From NCBI GenBank assembly GCA_963665115.1, contig OY762007.1, positions 1,504,001 to 1,568,000 of the forward strand: a stretch of 64,000 nt of DNA, written 5' to 3'. The notes beneath the pieces are model-generated. The model saw nothing but the letters and a program-made list of their open reading frames with translations. It ran no database searches and was not told the origin of the DNA. Below, piece after piece: positions 44,985 through 54,146 of this stretch; positions within the stretch are counted from its first letter, which is position 1; every line of letters begins with the position of its first letter. The position numbers and the translations under genes are program-made. Origin of the DNA: an uncultured Rivularia sp. GTDB taxonomy: Bacteria; Cyanobacteriota; Cyanobacteriia; Cyanobacteriales; Nostocaceae.

Positions 44985-45561
44985 ATATTTTAATCGTGCT
45001 TTACCTAATAATGCCAAAGTTTGTCCTTGGTGTTCTACTCCTTTAGGTAATGTAGTTCCTTCAGTACCAAATAATCCACCGACTCCGCAACCTTTGGAAG
45101 AACCACCACCTCAACAACCACCTCAACAACCTATTAACCAACCTGCTCCTGATTATTATGCAACCAACTATCAGCAGCGTGCTTATATACCACCAGCACC
45201 TCCACCTCAACCTCAACCTCAAGTTCCAAGATTACCCGTTTTAAGGCTAATTCATCCTAGCGGTCGTGAGTTTAGCTTGTGTGGAGAAAGTGGTTCGATT
45301 GGTCGTCGTACTCAAAGTATGCCAAATCCACCAGAAATTGACTTAAGTGGTATTCCTCAAGAAGGAATAGTTTCTCGACGACATGCTCGGGTTTTTTGGG
45401 ATTGGTCGCAAAACACCTATATGATTGTTGATACGAGTAAAAACGGTATTTATTTGAATGGTACTCTTGTGAATTCTGGTGTTTCATATCGTATATTAAA
45501 TGGCGATACATTACAGCTTGGACAAGATAACCTTGTGATTTTTAAAATAGTTATTAATTAA
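44950..45561 (+). CDS. Zinc-ribbon, Pro-rich, FHA domain protein
   Basis: CPNPTC..CPWC; PPQQ linker; IGRR..VSRRHA..SKNG. Confidence 0.88.
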   Translation: MPANRCPNPTCEYFNRALPNNAKVCPWCSTPLGNVVPSVPNNPPTPQPLEEPPPQQPPQQPINQPAPDYYATNYQQRAYIPPAPPPQPQPQVPRLPVLRLIHPSGREFSLCGESGSIGRRTQSMPNPPEIDLSGIPQEGIVSRRHARVFWDWSQNTYMIVDTSKNGIYLNGTLVNSGVSYRILNGDTLQLGQDNLVIFKIVIN

Positions 45562-45794
45562 TCATAATTGTCTTTTTCTAGTTATTATATCTATGAAAAT
45601 TGGTAATTAGTAATTGGTAATTGTTTATAAAAAAACTATTTAATTGCGAGCTATATATTTAGTAATTGGTGTTTTTTTGGAATATTGCCATTGCTATATA
45701 CATTTTTATCTAGAATTTAATCAATCGAATAATAGAAAATCTTAATTAATAGCTGTTAAGCTTATACAGGGAAAGTAAATAAAAAGTTTTTACT

Positions 45795-47391
45795 ATGAGG
45801 AAGCAAGTCATTCTCACAATAGTTGAAGGCAACTTTGAACAAGGGTTTTCAGTTATTATCCGAATTTGGCAATATGGCGCTCTTCATGAGACTCAATTAT
45901 CAGGTAGGTTGCCTCCTGCACCTAACTTGTTACAAATATTTAATAGCTTCCGATCTGTTTATAACCAGTGGCAATCTACTTATCGGATTAAAATAGTCCC
46001 AATCCCAGGTCAAGTGACTAATTTTTCCTATCGTGAGGTAGCTTCATCGGGTTTTGTGTTAGCAAATAGCTTAAATGAATGGCTAAATTCAGATTATCAA
46101 GAGTGGAAAAAGATTAGAGAAGAATTATTAGGGAATTTAAGCGAAGACGACGAAATAGAGTTCATCATTCAAACTCAAGATATACAGCTACGACAATTAC
46201 CTTGGCACTTATGGAATTTAATTTCCGAGCGCTTTGTGAATGCAGAATTTATTTTTAGTTCGCTAAAATATAAACCCTCATTACCCCTAGCTCATAATAA
46301 TAAAGTTAGAATCTTAGCAATTCTTGGCGATACTACAAATATTGAATTAGAGCAAGATAAAGCTATATTACAAGAGCAATTATCAGATGCAGAAATAGAC
46401 TTTCTCGTACAACCCAATCGTCAGCTTTTAAATGAGCGACTTTGGGAGCAACAATGGGATATACTTTTCTTTGCTGGTCATAGTACTAGTGAAGCTGATG
46501 GTAGTACGGGTCAAATTTTTATTAATCAGGACGACAGCTTATCGCTTAAAGAAATAGGAAATGCCTTAAGAAGAGTAGCTCATAAAGGTTTACAGCTAGC
46601 AATTTTCAATTCCTGCGATGGCTTAGGCTTAGCGCAAGAACTAGCTGATTTGAATATTCCAATTATCGTTATGCGAATGCCGGTACCTGATGTTGTAGCA
46701 CAGAAATTTTTGCAGCACTTTCTAAAAGCCTTTGCTTCTGGCAACCCTTTGCATCTAGCAGTTTCGCGAAGCACGGGAAAGATTGCAAGGTTTGGAAAAT
46801 GAATATCCCTGTGCTAGTTGGTTAGCAGCACTTTGTCAAAATCCAACTAAAAAAGAGCCGCTGACTTGGCAAGGAATGAAGAATTACCCCACCATTAAAG
46901 AACCGCTGACTGAGGAAGAGAATAATTACCCTAAGAAACCAAGAATTCCACCATTGCGACAGTTGCCAAAAATATTTTCGGGTGTATTGGCAACTGTATT
47001 AGCGATAATTGTGCAACAAAGAATTCCATTAATATCATCATCTCAGAAAATACCACTTGACCAAAGTACTTTCCAAGGTTCTTGTAAAGACATTTCGATT
47101 GATAAGAATATACTATCAGCGAGTTGTTACAAGCTTGATAAAACCTGGAAGAAAACAAGTATTCCCGTTCCGGGTATTAAGAATCAAAATGGAGATTTAA
47201 AGAAAACAGGTCTTAGTAATGTTAGTACTTTCCAACATTCTTGTAAAGACATTTCGATTGAAAAGCATATACTATCAGCGAGTTGTTACAAGCTTGATAA
47301 AACCTGGAAGAAAACAAGTATTCCCGTTCTTGGCATTACGAATAGTAATGGAGATTTGGTGAATAAAAGTCTTAGGAATACTAATAGGTAA
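45795..47391 (+). CDS. CHAT (caspase-like) domain + TM + duplicated cyanovirin/microvirin-like lectin repeat (frameshift near 46763)
   Basis: LPWHLW, FFAGHS, FNSCDG; restored AVREARERLQGLE; TM IFSGVLATVLAIIV; two copies of STFQxSCKDISI..ILSASC..TSIPV.GI.N.NGDL. Confidence 0.8.
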
Positions 47392-47455
47392 GATAAATAA
47401 ATATTTGTTCAATATTGGGATGCTCTTTAGAAAACTATAATCATTTAAAATAATT

Positions 47456-47641
47456 GGCGTTGCTGTTAGCGCCTAGCGAAGCGTACCGTAGGTATTGCGT
47501 GGCGCTAGCCATATTGAGTATAAATTTGTTATTACTATCTTATCGCAGCCCCCTAAATCCCCCAATTCTGGGGGACTTTAAAATATATTTCTCCCCTATA
47601 ATTGGGGTTGGGGGCTATTCATACTTTTAATCATCAACGCC
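47456..47641. mobile_element. MITE family A with nested insert in the left TIR
   Basis: TIRs; flanks AAAATAATT; insert 47466-47512. Confidence 0.8.
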
Positions 47642-47710
47642 AAAAATAATTGATACTAAAACAATCTAAGCGCTTCGGATTTTCCACCTGTAGCTATAGC
47701 AATATAATAT

Positions 47711-47724
47711 TAGACTTTTGGCTA
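47711..47724. promoter_or_regulatory. Putative regulator box TAGACTTTTGGCTA
   Basis: Near-palindrome, 69 nt upstream of the ATG at 47794. Confidence 0.55.
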
Positions 47725-47793
47725 CTTTTTATTGTCTCAAATAAGCTTTAGTCTAGATTTTATCAAGACACGAATATTAAGTAATTTTAATCT

Positions 47794-48030
47794 ATGCATT
47801 TAGAGCAAGAACAAAGTTTTTTCAGACCTCTTGAAGATGCTGGTGGTACTACAGGATATGCAAATATTTCTGCGGTATCTGATGCTAGTAAAGTGGGTAA
47901 AACAGCAGATAAATATCTGAAAGACTCACTGTTATTAAGTAAATTAACTAGACGAGTTTATGAGCTTTTGCTCGAAGATATAAGATACCAGCGAGAAAGA
48001 GTTAATAATTATGGTTGTAATAGGTGGTAG
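47794..48030 (+). CDS. Small CIS-associated protein
   Basis: KLTRRVYELLLEDIRYQRER resembles the C-terminus of 48593-53392; overlaps the next gene. Confidence 0.7.
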   Translation: MHLEQEQSFFRPLEDAGGTTGYANISAVSDASKVGKTADKYLKDSLLLSKLTRRVYELLLEDIRYQRERVNNYGCNRW

Positions 48031-48551
48031 AAATGGCTAACAGTACAAATGGTAACATCGTTCACGAATTAAATTACGTAACTACCAACCGTTTTTATGT
48101 GGAAGTAGATAGTGCGATCGCAGCATCATTTACTGGATGTTCTGGATTGGGTGCGAGAATTCAGAAACAGGTAGTTCATGAAGGAGGTGTGAACGACCAG
48201 CAAAGGGTATATCTGGGACATGTTGAATTTTCCGACGTAACCCTTAAGCGAGGTCTTACCGATAATCCAGGTTTTTGGAACTGGATAAACGAAGCGTTTG
48301 GGGAACAGTCGTCAACATCTCGACGTAACGTTAATATTTTAGTTTTCAATCAAGCTGGTGAAACAATGATGAGTTGGACATTAATAGGTGCTGTTCCTGT
48401 TGGTTGGAAAGCTCCTGAACTACAAGCAGATGGAAACACAGTTGGAATTGAAGAATTAACTTTAGCTTATGAGGGATTAGAAGTAGGAAAAGATAAAGGA
48501 GGTGGTAACTCAACAACAAGAATGAAATCAGGATTTTTTGAGTCAAGATAA
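48024..48551 (+). CDS. CIS tube initiator / tube protein (Afp5-like)
   Basis: NRFYVE, FTGCSGL, EGGVN, VTLKRG, W.L.GA.P..W.AP, IEELTLAYEG. Confidence 0.9.
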   Translation: MVEMANSTNGNIVHELNYVTTNRFYVEVDSAIAASFTGCSGLGARIQKQVVHEGGVNDQQRVYLGHVEFSDVTLKRGLTDNPGFWNWINEAFGEQSSTSRRNVNILVFNQAGETMMSWTLIGAVPVGWKAPELQADGNTVGIEELTLAYEGLEVGKDKGGGNSTTRMKSGFFESR

Positions 48552-48592
48552 TGAAAATAATCAATTATTATGCTTAATACCAGCTTTAAAAT

Positions 48593-51500
48593 ATGGAAAA
48601 TATTAAGCCTTTTAAAAATCAAGATTCTGGGTTAGAAGTAGGAGCATCTTTATGCGAACCTAGCAGATTAACTTTAAGAAAAGAATCTAATTTTTTATGT
48701 AAAAGAAATAACTTAATTCAGCTTTTTGCTAATCGTTCGCCATTAGTAAAAGCGTCGAAATTCATTTTACCTCGTAAATATACAAGTTCTTTCAATTCGT
48801 TAGTAAATTGGAATTTAGGAACTGAAAGTAATGATTTGAGTGATTCGGAGAGTTTGCAATCTACAGACTTACTATCTCAGACAAATACTAATTATTATCC
48901 AAACCAACAGGTAGAAAGAAAAACAGTTAGTTCAGACATTATACCTACAGGGAATATTATATATAATCCAGTTGAAACTGGTGAAAAAACTCCAAGAAAA
49001 TCCCGTACTAAACCTCAAAATAAATCTAATTCTAAATCTAAAGCTAAAACTAAATCTAAAACTAAAGCTAAAAGAACATCTAAAAATAAGAAAGCAGAAT
49101 CAGTATCTAAACCTATTGATTCAAACACAGTTAATGCTAAAAACTTAGAAATTAATCCAGTCCAGTTAAAACCAACAACGGATGAAGTCTCTACGGTAGA
49201 ACCTGTTTCTCAACAAATTCCTTCTCAGAATTCAGAAGTTGATTCAATACAGTTACAACAGGCAACGGATGAGACATCTGGGGTAGAACCCGTTTCTTCA
49301 CAAATTCCTCCTCAAAATTTAGAAGTTAATCAAACAAAGTTATCGCCAATTACGGATGAAACATCTGGGGTAGAACAAGTTTCTCCACAAACAATTCCTC
49401 CTCAAACTCTAGAAGTTAATCAAACTCCGTTACAACAGAAAACGGATCAAACATCTTCGGTAGAACCAGTTTATCCTCAAACAATTCCTCCTCAAAATTT
49501 AGAAGTTAATCAAACTGCGTTATCACCAATTACTGATGAAACATCTTCTGTTGAACAAGTTTCTCCACAAACAATTCCTCCTCAAACTCTAGAAGTTAAT
49601 CAAACTCCGTTACAACAGAAAACGGATCAAACATCTTCGGTAGAACCAGTTTATCCTCAAACAATTCCTCCTCAAAATTTAGAAGTTAATCAAACTGCGT
49701 TATCACCAATTACTGATGAAACATCTTCTGTTGAACCAGTTTCTCCTCAAACAATTCCTTCTCAAACTCCACAAGTTAATCAAACTCCGTTACAACACAA
49801 GACCGATGAAACATCTTCGGTTGAACAAGTTTCCCCTCAAACAATTCCTTCTCAAACTCCACAAGTTAATCAAACTCCGTTATCACCAATTACCGATGAA
49901 ACATTTGGGGTAGAACCAGTTTCTCCAAAAACAATTCTTTCTCAAACTCCAGAAATTAATCAAACTCCGTTACAACAGAAGACGGATGAGATATCTTCGG
50001 TAGAACAAGTTTCTCCACAAACAATTCCTTCTCAAACTCCAGAAATTAATCAAACTCCGTTACAACAGAAGACGGATGAGATATCTTCGGTAGAACAAGT
50101 TTCTCCACAAACAATTCCTTCTCAAAATCCAGAAATTAATCAAACTCCGTTATCACCAATTACGGATGAAACATCTTCTATTGAACCAGTTTCTCCTCAA
50201 ACAATTCCTCCTCATAATCCACAAGTTAATCAAATTCCGTTACAACAGAAAACGGATGAAATATCTTCTATTGAACCCGTTTCTCCTCAAACAATTCCTC
50301 CTCAAACTCTACAAGTTAATCAAACTGCGTTATCACCAATTACGGATGAAACATCTTCTATTGAACCAGTTTCTCCTCAAAAAATTCTTCCTCAAACTCC
50401 AGAAGTTAATCAAGCTCCGTTACAACAGAAAACGGATGAAGCATCTTCTGTTGAACCAGTTTCTCCTCAAACAATTCCTTCTCAAACTCCAGAAGTTAAT
50501 CAAACTCCGTTATCACCAATTACGGATCAAACATCTTCTGTTGAACCAGTTTCTCCTCAAACAATTCCTCTTCAAAATTTAGAAGTTAATCAAACTCCGT
50601 TATCGCCAATTACGGATGAAACATCTTCTGTTGAACAAGTTTATCCTAAAACAATTCCTTCTCAAACTCCAGAAGTTAATCAAACTCCGTTGCAACAGAA
50701 AGCGGATGAAGTATCTTCTATTGAACCAGTTTATCCTCAAACAATTCCTCCTCAAAATCCACAAGTTGATCAAACTCCGTTATCACCAATTACGGATGAA
50801 ACATCTTCGGTTGAACCCGTTTCTCCTCAAACAATTCCTTCTCCGACTCCAGAAGTTAATCAAACTCCGTTACAACAGAAAACGGATGAAATATCTTCTG
50901 TTGAACCAGTTTATTCACAAATTCCTTCTGAAAATTCAGAAGTTAATCAAACTCCGTTACAACAGAAAGCGGATGAAATATCTTCTATTGAATCAGTTTC
51001 TCCTAAAACAATTCCTTCTCAAACTCCAGAAGTTAATCAAACTCCGTTATCACCAATTACGAATGAAACATCTTCTGTTGAACCAGTTTTTCCTCAAACA
51101 ATTCCTCCTCAAAATTTAGAAGTTAATCAAACAAAGTTATCGCCAATTACGGATGAAACATCTTCTGTTGAACCAGTTTCTCCACAAACAATTCCTCCTC
51201 AAAATTTAGAAGTTAATCAAACAAAGTTATCGCCAATTACGGATGAAACATCTTCTATTGAACCAGTTTATCCTCAAACAATTCCTCCTCAACCTCCACA
51301 AGTTGATCAAACTCCGTTATCACCAATTACGGATCAAACATCTTCTATTGAACCAGTTTCTCCACAAATTCCTCCTCAAAATTCACAAGTTGATCAAACT
51401 CCGTTATCACCAATTACGGATGAAACATCTTCTGTTGAACCCGTTTCTCCTCAAACAATTCCTCCTCAGAATCCACAAGTTGATCAAACTCCGTTATCAC

Positions 51501-53392
51501 CAATTACGGATGAAATATCTTCTGTTGAACCCGTTTCTCCTCAAACAATTCCTCCTCAGAATCCACAAGTTGATCAAACTCCGTTACAACAGAAAACGGA
51601 TGAAATATCTTCTGTTGAACCCGTTTCTCCTCAAACAATTCCTCCTCAGAATCCACAAGTTGATCAAACTCCGTTACAACAGAAAACGGATGAAATATCT
51701 GGGGTAAACACAGTTTCTCCACAAATTCCTCCTCAAACTCCAGAAGTTAATCAAACTCCGTTACAACAGAAAGCGGATGAAATATCTTCTATTGAATCAG
51801 CTTCTCCTAAAACAATTCCTTCTCAAACTCCAGAAGTTAATCAAACTCCGTTATCACCAATTACGGATGAAACATCTTCTATTGAACCAGTTTCTCCTCA
51901 AACAATTCCTTCTCAAACTCCAGAAGTTAATCAAACTCCGTTACAACAGAAAACGGATGAAGTATCTTCTATTGAATCAGTTTCTCCTAAAACAATTCCT
52001 TCTCAAACTCCAGAAGTTAATCAAACTCCGTTATCACCAATTACGGATGAAACATCTTCTGTTGAACCAGTTTCTCCTCAAACAATTCCTTCTCAAACTC
52101 CAGAAGTTAATCAAACTCCGTTATCACCAATTACGGATGAAACATCTTCTGTTGAACCAGTTTCTCCTCAAACAATTCCTTCTCAAACTCCAGAAGTTAA
52201 TCAAACTCCGTTATCGCCAATTACGGATGAAATATCTGGGGTAAACACAGTTTCTCCACAAACAATTCCTCCTCAAAACCCAGAAATTAATCAAACTGCG
52301 TTATCACCAATTACGGATAAAACATCTTCTGTTGAACCAGTTTCTCCTCAAACAATTCCTTCTCAAACTCCAGAAATTAATCAAACTCCGTTACAACACA
52401 AGACGGATGAAACATCTTCTGTTGAACCCGTTTCTCCTCAAACAATTCCTCCTCAAAATTTAGAAGTTAATCAAACTCCGTTATCACCAATTACGGATAA
52501 AGTATCTTCAGAAGAAAACCAGAAAGCAGAGTCATCTTTTCAAGTAAAACCCGGTACTAATTTAAAAAAAATACCAGCACCTCAAGGTTTCTTTACTGGA
52601 GGAAAAGCTATACAGTTACAGGTTGATAGCAATCAACCGATAGCAGACTCCGATACTATACCAGCTATGCTGTCACCTGGAGAATTTGTAGTAAATTCTA
52701 AAGATACTCAAGAAAATCTTCCGTTGTTGGAACATATCAATAAAGGTGGTAAAAAAGAAGATGTTCCGGACAAAATACAGAAACCTGCTGTTCAACAAAC
52801 TGAGGAAACTTCATCTTTAATTTCTCCTTCTTTGGGATTGAATATTGCAAAACAAAATTCTTCCTTGACTGATAATAAAACTCTTAATTCATCTCACAAT
52901 CAAGATAATAATTTAGTTGAGAAAAAATCATCTTCTCATAATTACTCATCACCTCCGTTGATTTTTAAAAAAGCAAATTCTAGTACATCTTCTCAAACTA
53001 ATTTTGATACTCCTTCGGAATGGTCAACAATTGAGGATTTAATGAATGTAGGTAATAACAACAGCGATTTTATAAATATAGATAGTCAAAATCATCATTC
53101 ATCAAATAATGAAACTATTTATCCTTCTACAAAATCATCGCAAGAAACGTTTACTCAAAAACGTCATGTTCCGAAAGTAAAAGGTTTTGCTAAAGGTGGA
53201 GAAGTTAAGGAAAGTGATATATCCCAAGACAGCAAAATAATAACTGAAACTATTAATGCGCCATCTAATTCAAATGATAATGATGAAATAGCTTTAGAAT
53301 CTTTAGCTCGCGAAATTTATCGAAGATTGCGACAAGAATTAGAAATAGAAAAAGAACGTCAAGGAAGCTATTCCGGACGTTTACCTTGGTAG
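48593..53392 (+). CDS. Tape-measure-like CIS protein with ~37 tandem 29-30-aa repeats
   Basis: Lies between the tube initiator and the Afp7-like gene; GFFTGG..DTIPAMLSPGEFVVN and GFAKGG motifs as in phage tape measure proteins; ends LAREIYRRLRQELEIEKER..GRLPW. Confidence 0.6.
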   Translation: MENIKPFKNQDSGLEVGASLCEPSRLTLRKESNFLCKRNNLIQLFANRSPLVKASKFILPRKYTSSFNSLVNWNLGTESNDLSDSESLQSTDLLSQTNTNYYPNQQVERKTVSSDIIPTGNIIYNPVETGEKTPRKSRTKPQNKSNSKSKAKTKSKTKAKRTSKNKKAESVSKPIDSNTVNAKNLEINPVQLKPTTDEVSTVEPVSQQIPSQNSEVDSIQLQQATDETSGVEPVSSQIPPQNLEVNQTKLSPITDETSGVEQVSPQTIPPQTLEVNQTPLQQKTDQTSSVEPVYPQTIPPQNLEVNQTALSPITDETSSVEQVSPQTIPPQTLEVNQTPLQQKTDQTSSVEPVYPQTIPPQNLEVNQTALSPITDETSSVEPVSPQTIPSQTPQVNQTPLQHKTDETSSVEQVSPQTIPSQTPQVNQTPLSPITDETFGVEPVSPKTILSQTPEINQTPLQQKTDEISSVEQVSPQTIPSQTPEINQTPLQQKTDEISSVEQVSPQTIPSQNPEINQTPLSPITDETSSIEPVSPQTIPPHNPQVNQIPLQQKTDEISSIEPVSPQTIPPQTLQVNQTALSPITDETSSIEPVSPQKILPQTPEVNQAPLQQKTDEASSVEPVSPQTIPSQTPEVNQTPLSPITDQTSSVEPVSPQTIPLQNLEVNQTPLSPITDETSSVEQVYPKTIPSQTPEVNQTPLQQKADEVSSIEPVYPQTIPPQNPQVDQTPLSPITDETSSVEPVSPQTIPSPTPEVNQTPLQQKTDEISSVEPVYSQIPSENSEVNQTPLQQKADEISSIESVSPKTIPSQTPEVNQTPLSPITNETSSVEPVFPQTIPPQNLEVNQTKLSPITDETSSVEPVSPQTIPPQNLEVNQTKLSPITDETSSIEPVYPQTIPPQPPQVDQTPLSPITDQTSSIEPVSPQIPPQNSQVDQTPLSPITDETSSVEPVSPQTIPPQNPQVDQTPLSPITDEISSVEPVSPQTIPPQNPQVDQTPLQQKTDEISSVEPVSPQTIPPQNPQVDQTPLQQKTDEISGVNTVSPQIPPQTPEVNQTPLQQKADEISSIESASPKTIPSQTPEVNQTPLSPITDETSSIEPVSPQTIPSQTPEVNQTPLQQKTDEVSSIESVSPKTIPSQTPEVNQTPLSPITDETSSVEPVSPQTIPSQTPEVNQTPLSPITDETSSVEPVSPQTIPSQTPEVNQTPLSPITDEISGVNTVSPQTIPPQNPEINQTALSPITDKTSSVEPVSPQTIPSQTPEINQTPLQHKTDETSSVEPVSPQTIPPQNLEVNQTPLSPITDKVSSEENQKAESSFQVKPGTNLKKIPAPQGFFTGGKAIQLQVDSNQPIADSDTIPAMLSPGEFVVNSKDTQENLPLLEHINKGGKKEDVPDKIQKPAVQQTEETSSLISPSLGLNIAKQNSSLTDNKTLNSSHNQDNNLVEKKSSSHNYSSPPLIFKKANSSTSSQTNFDTPSEWSTIEDLMNVGNNNSDFINIDSQNHHSSNNETIYPSTKSSQETFTQKRHVPKVKGFAKGGEVKESDISQDSKIITETINAPSNSNDNDEIALESLAREIYRRLRQELEIEKERQGSYSGRLPW
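49140..52510 (+). repeat. Coding tandem repeat, 87-90-bp unit, ~37 copies
   Basis: Counted from the translation: xxEVNQTPL(SPI/QQK)TDETSSVEPVSPQTIP(P/S)Q. Confidence 0.95.
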
Positions 53393-53435
53393 TTTTCTTA
53401 TTAATTAGAACTTAGAACTTACGGAGACAAAATAA

Positions 53436-53978
53436 ATGGCTGGTCAATCTGTAGCTACTCCCCAAAAGCGACAACCGCAATTAGAGAAAGCTAAATTAAA
53501 AGCATATAACGGTGAAGCTCCTGATATTGATTTGATGTTTAATCCTTCTGAAATTAGTTTTTCTCGAAGTATTGTTTGGCAAGAACATCCCGGTAATAGA
53601 GGAAGTACTCTACTACCTAAAATTAACTTTTCTGGAGTTCAACCTTATCGTTTTACCCTTAAACAAATTATCTACGATACTTATGAAACAAAAGAATCAG
53701 TAATGAAACAAATAGATAAAATTAAAAAGGGTGTAGAAACAATTGAAATGAGCAGTGATAAACGTCCACCTGTTTATAAATTTACTTGGAAAGACGAGTA
53801 TTTCTATTGTGTAATGACTAGCTTAACTTATAATCTAACGATGTTTCTCACTGATGGAACTCCTGTTAGAGCTATTGTAGATATATCATTACAAGAAGTA
53901 GATAAAAATAATCTTCCCGGTGGAACTGAATCGGCTGCTCAAGCTAATAATCGTCAAGCTGACCCTAGACTGGGATAA
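53436..53978 (+). CDS. CIS tube/baseplate hub adaptor (Afp7-like, no LysM)
   Basis: LEKAKL, MFNPSEI, DTYE, RPPVY.F.W, F..DGTPVRA.V.ISLQE. Confidence 0.85.
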   Translation: MAGQSVATPQKRQPQLEKAKLKAYNGEAPDIDLMFNPSEISFSRSIVWQEHPGNRGSTLLPKINFSGVQPYRFTLKQIIYDTYETKESVMKQIDKIKKGVETIEMSSDKRPPVYKFTWKDEYFYCVMTSLTYNLTMFLTDGTPVRAIVDISLQEVDKNNLPGGTESAAQANNRQADPRLG

Positions 53979-54010
53979 TAATTATTAGTATTGATTAATT
54001 TTATATCTTT

Positions 54011-54102
54011 ATGACTTACGCAAAGCCCCCCTTTTTTAAGGGGGGTTGGGGGGATCTCAGTATCTAGAACATTATATTTTCTGTTATCGCTGCGTAAGTC
54101 CT
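54011..54102. mobile_element. MITE family B (GACTTACGCA...TGCGTAAGTC)
   Basis: TIRs plus internal CCCCCCTT..AAGGGGGG palindrome. Confidence 0.75.
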
Positions 54103-54146
54103 GAACTTGAAATAACTTTTCAAAAAATTACAAACTTAAGAATATT

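Noticed and set aside
49140..52510. Possible CRISPR array, and the Leu/Lys-rich alternative-frame ORFs (MKHLLLNQ...)
   Set aside because: The units are contiguous with no unique spacers and keep one 1599-aa frame open; the other ORFs are shadows of the repeat
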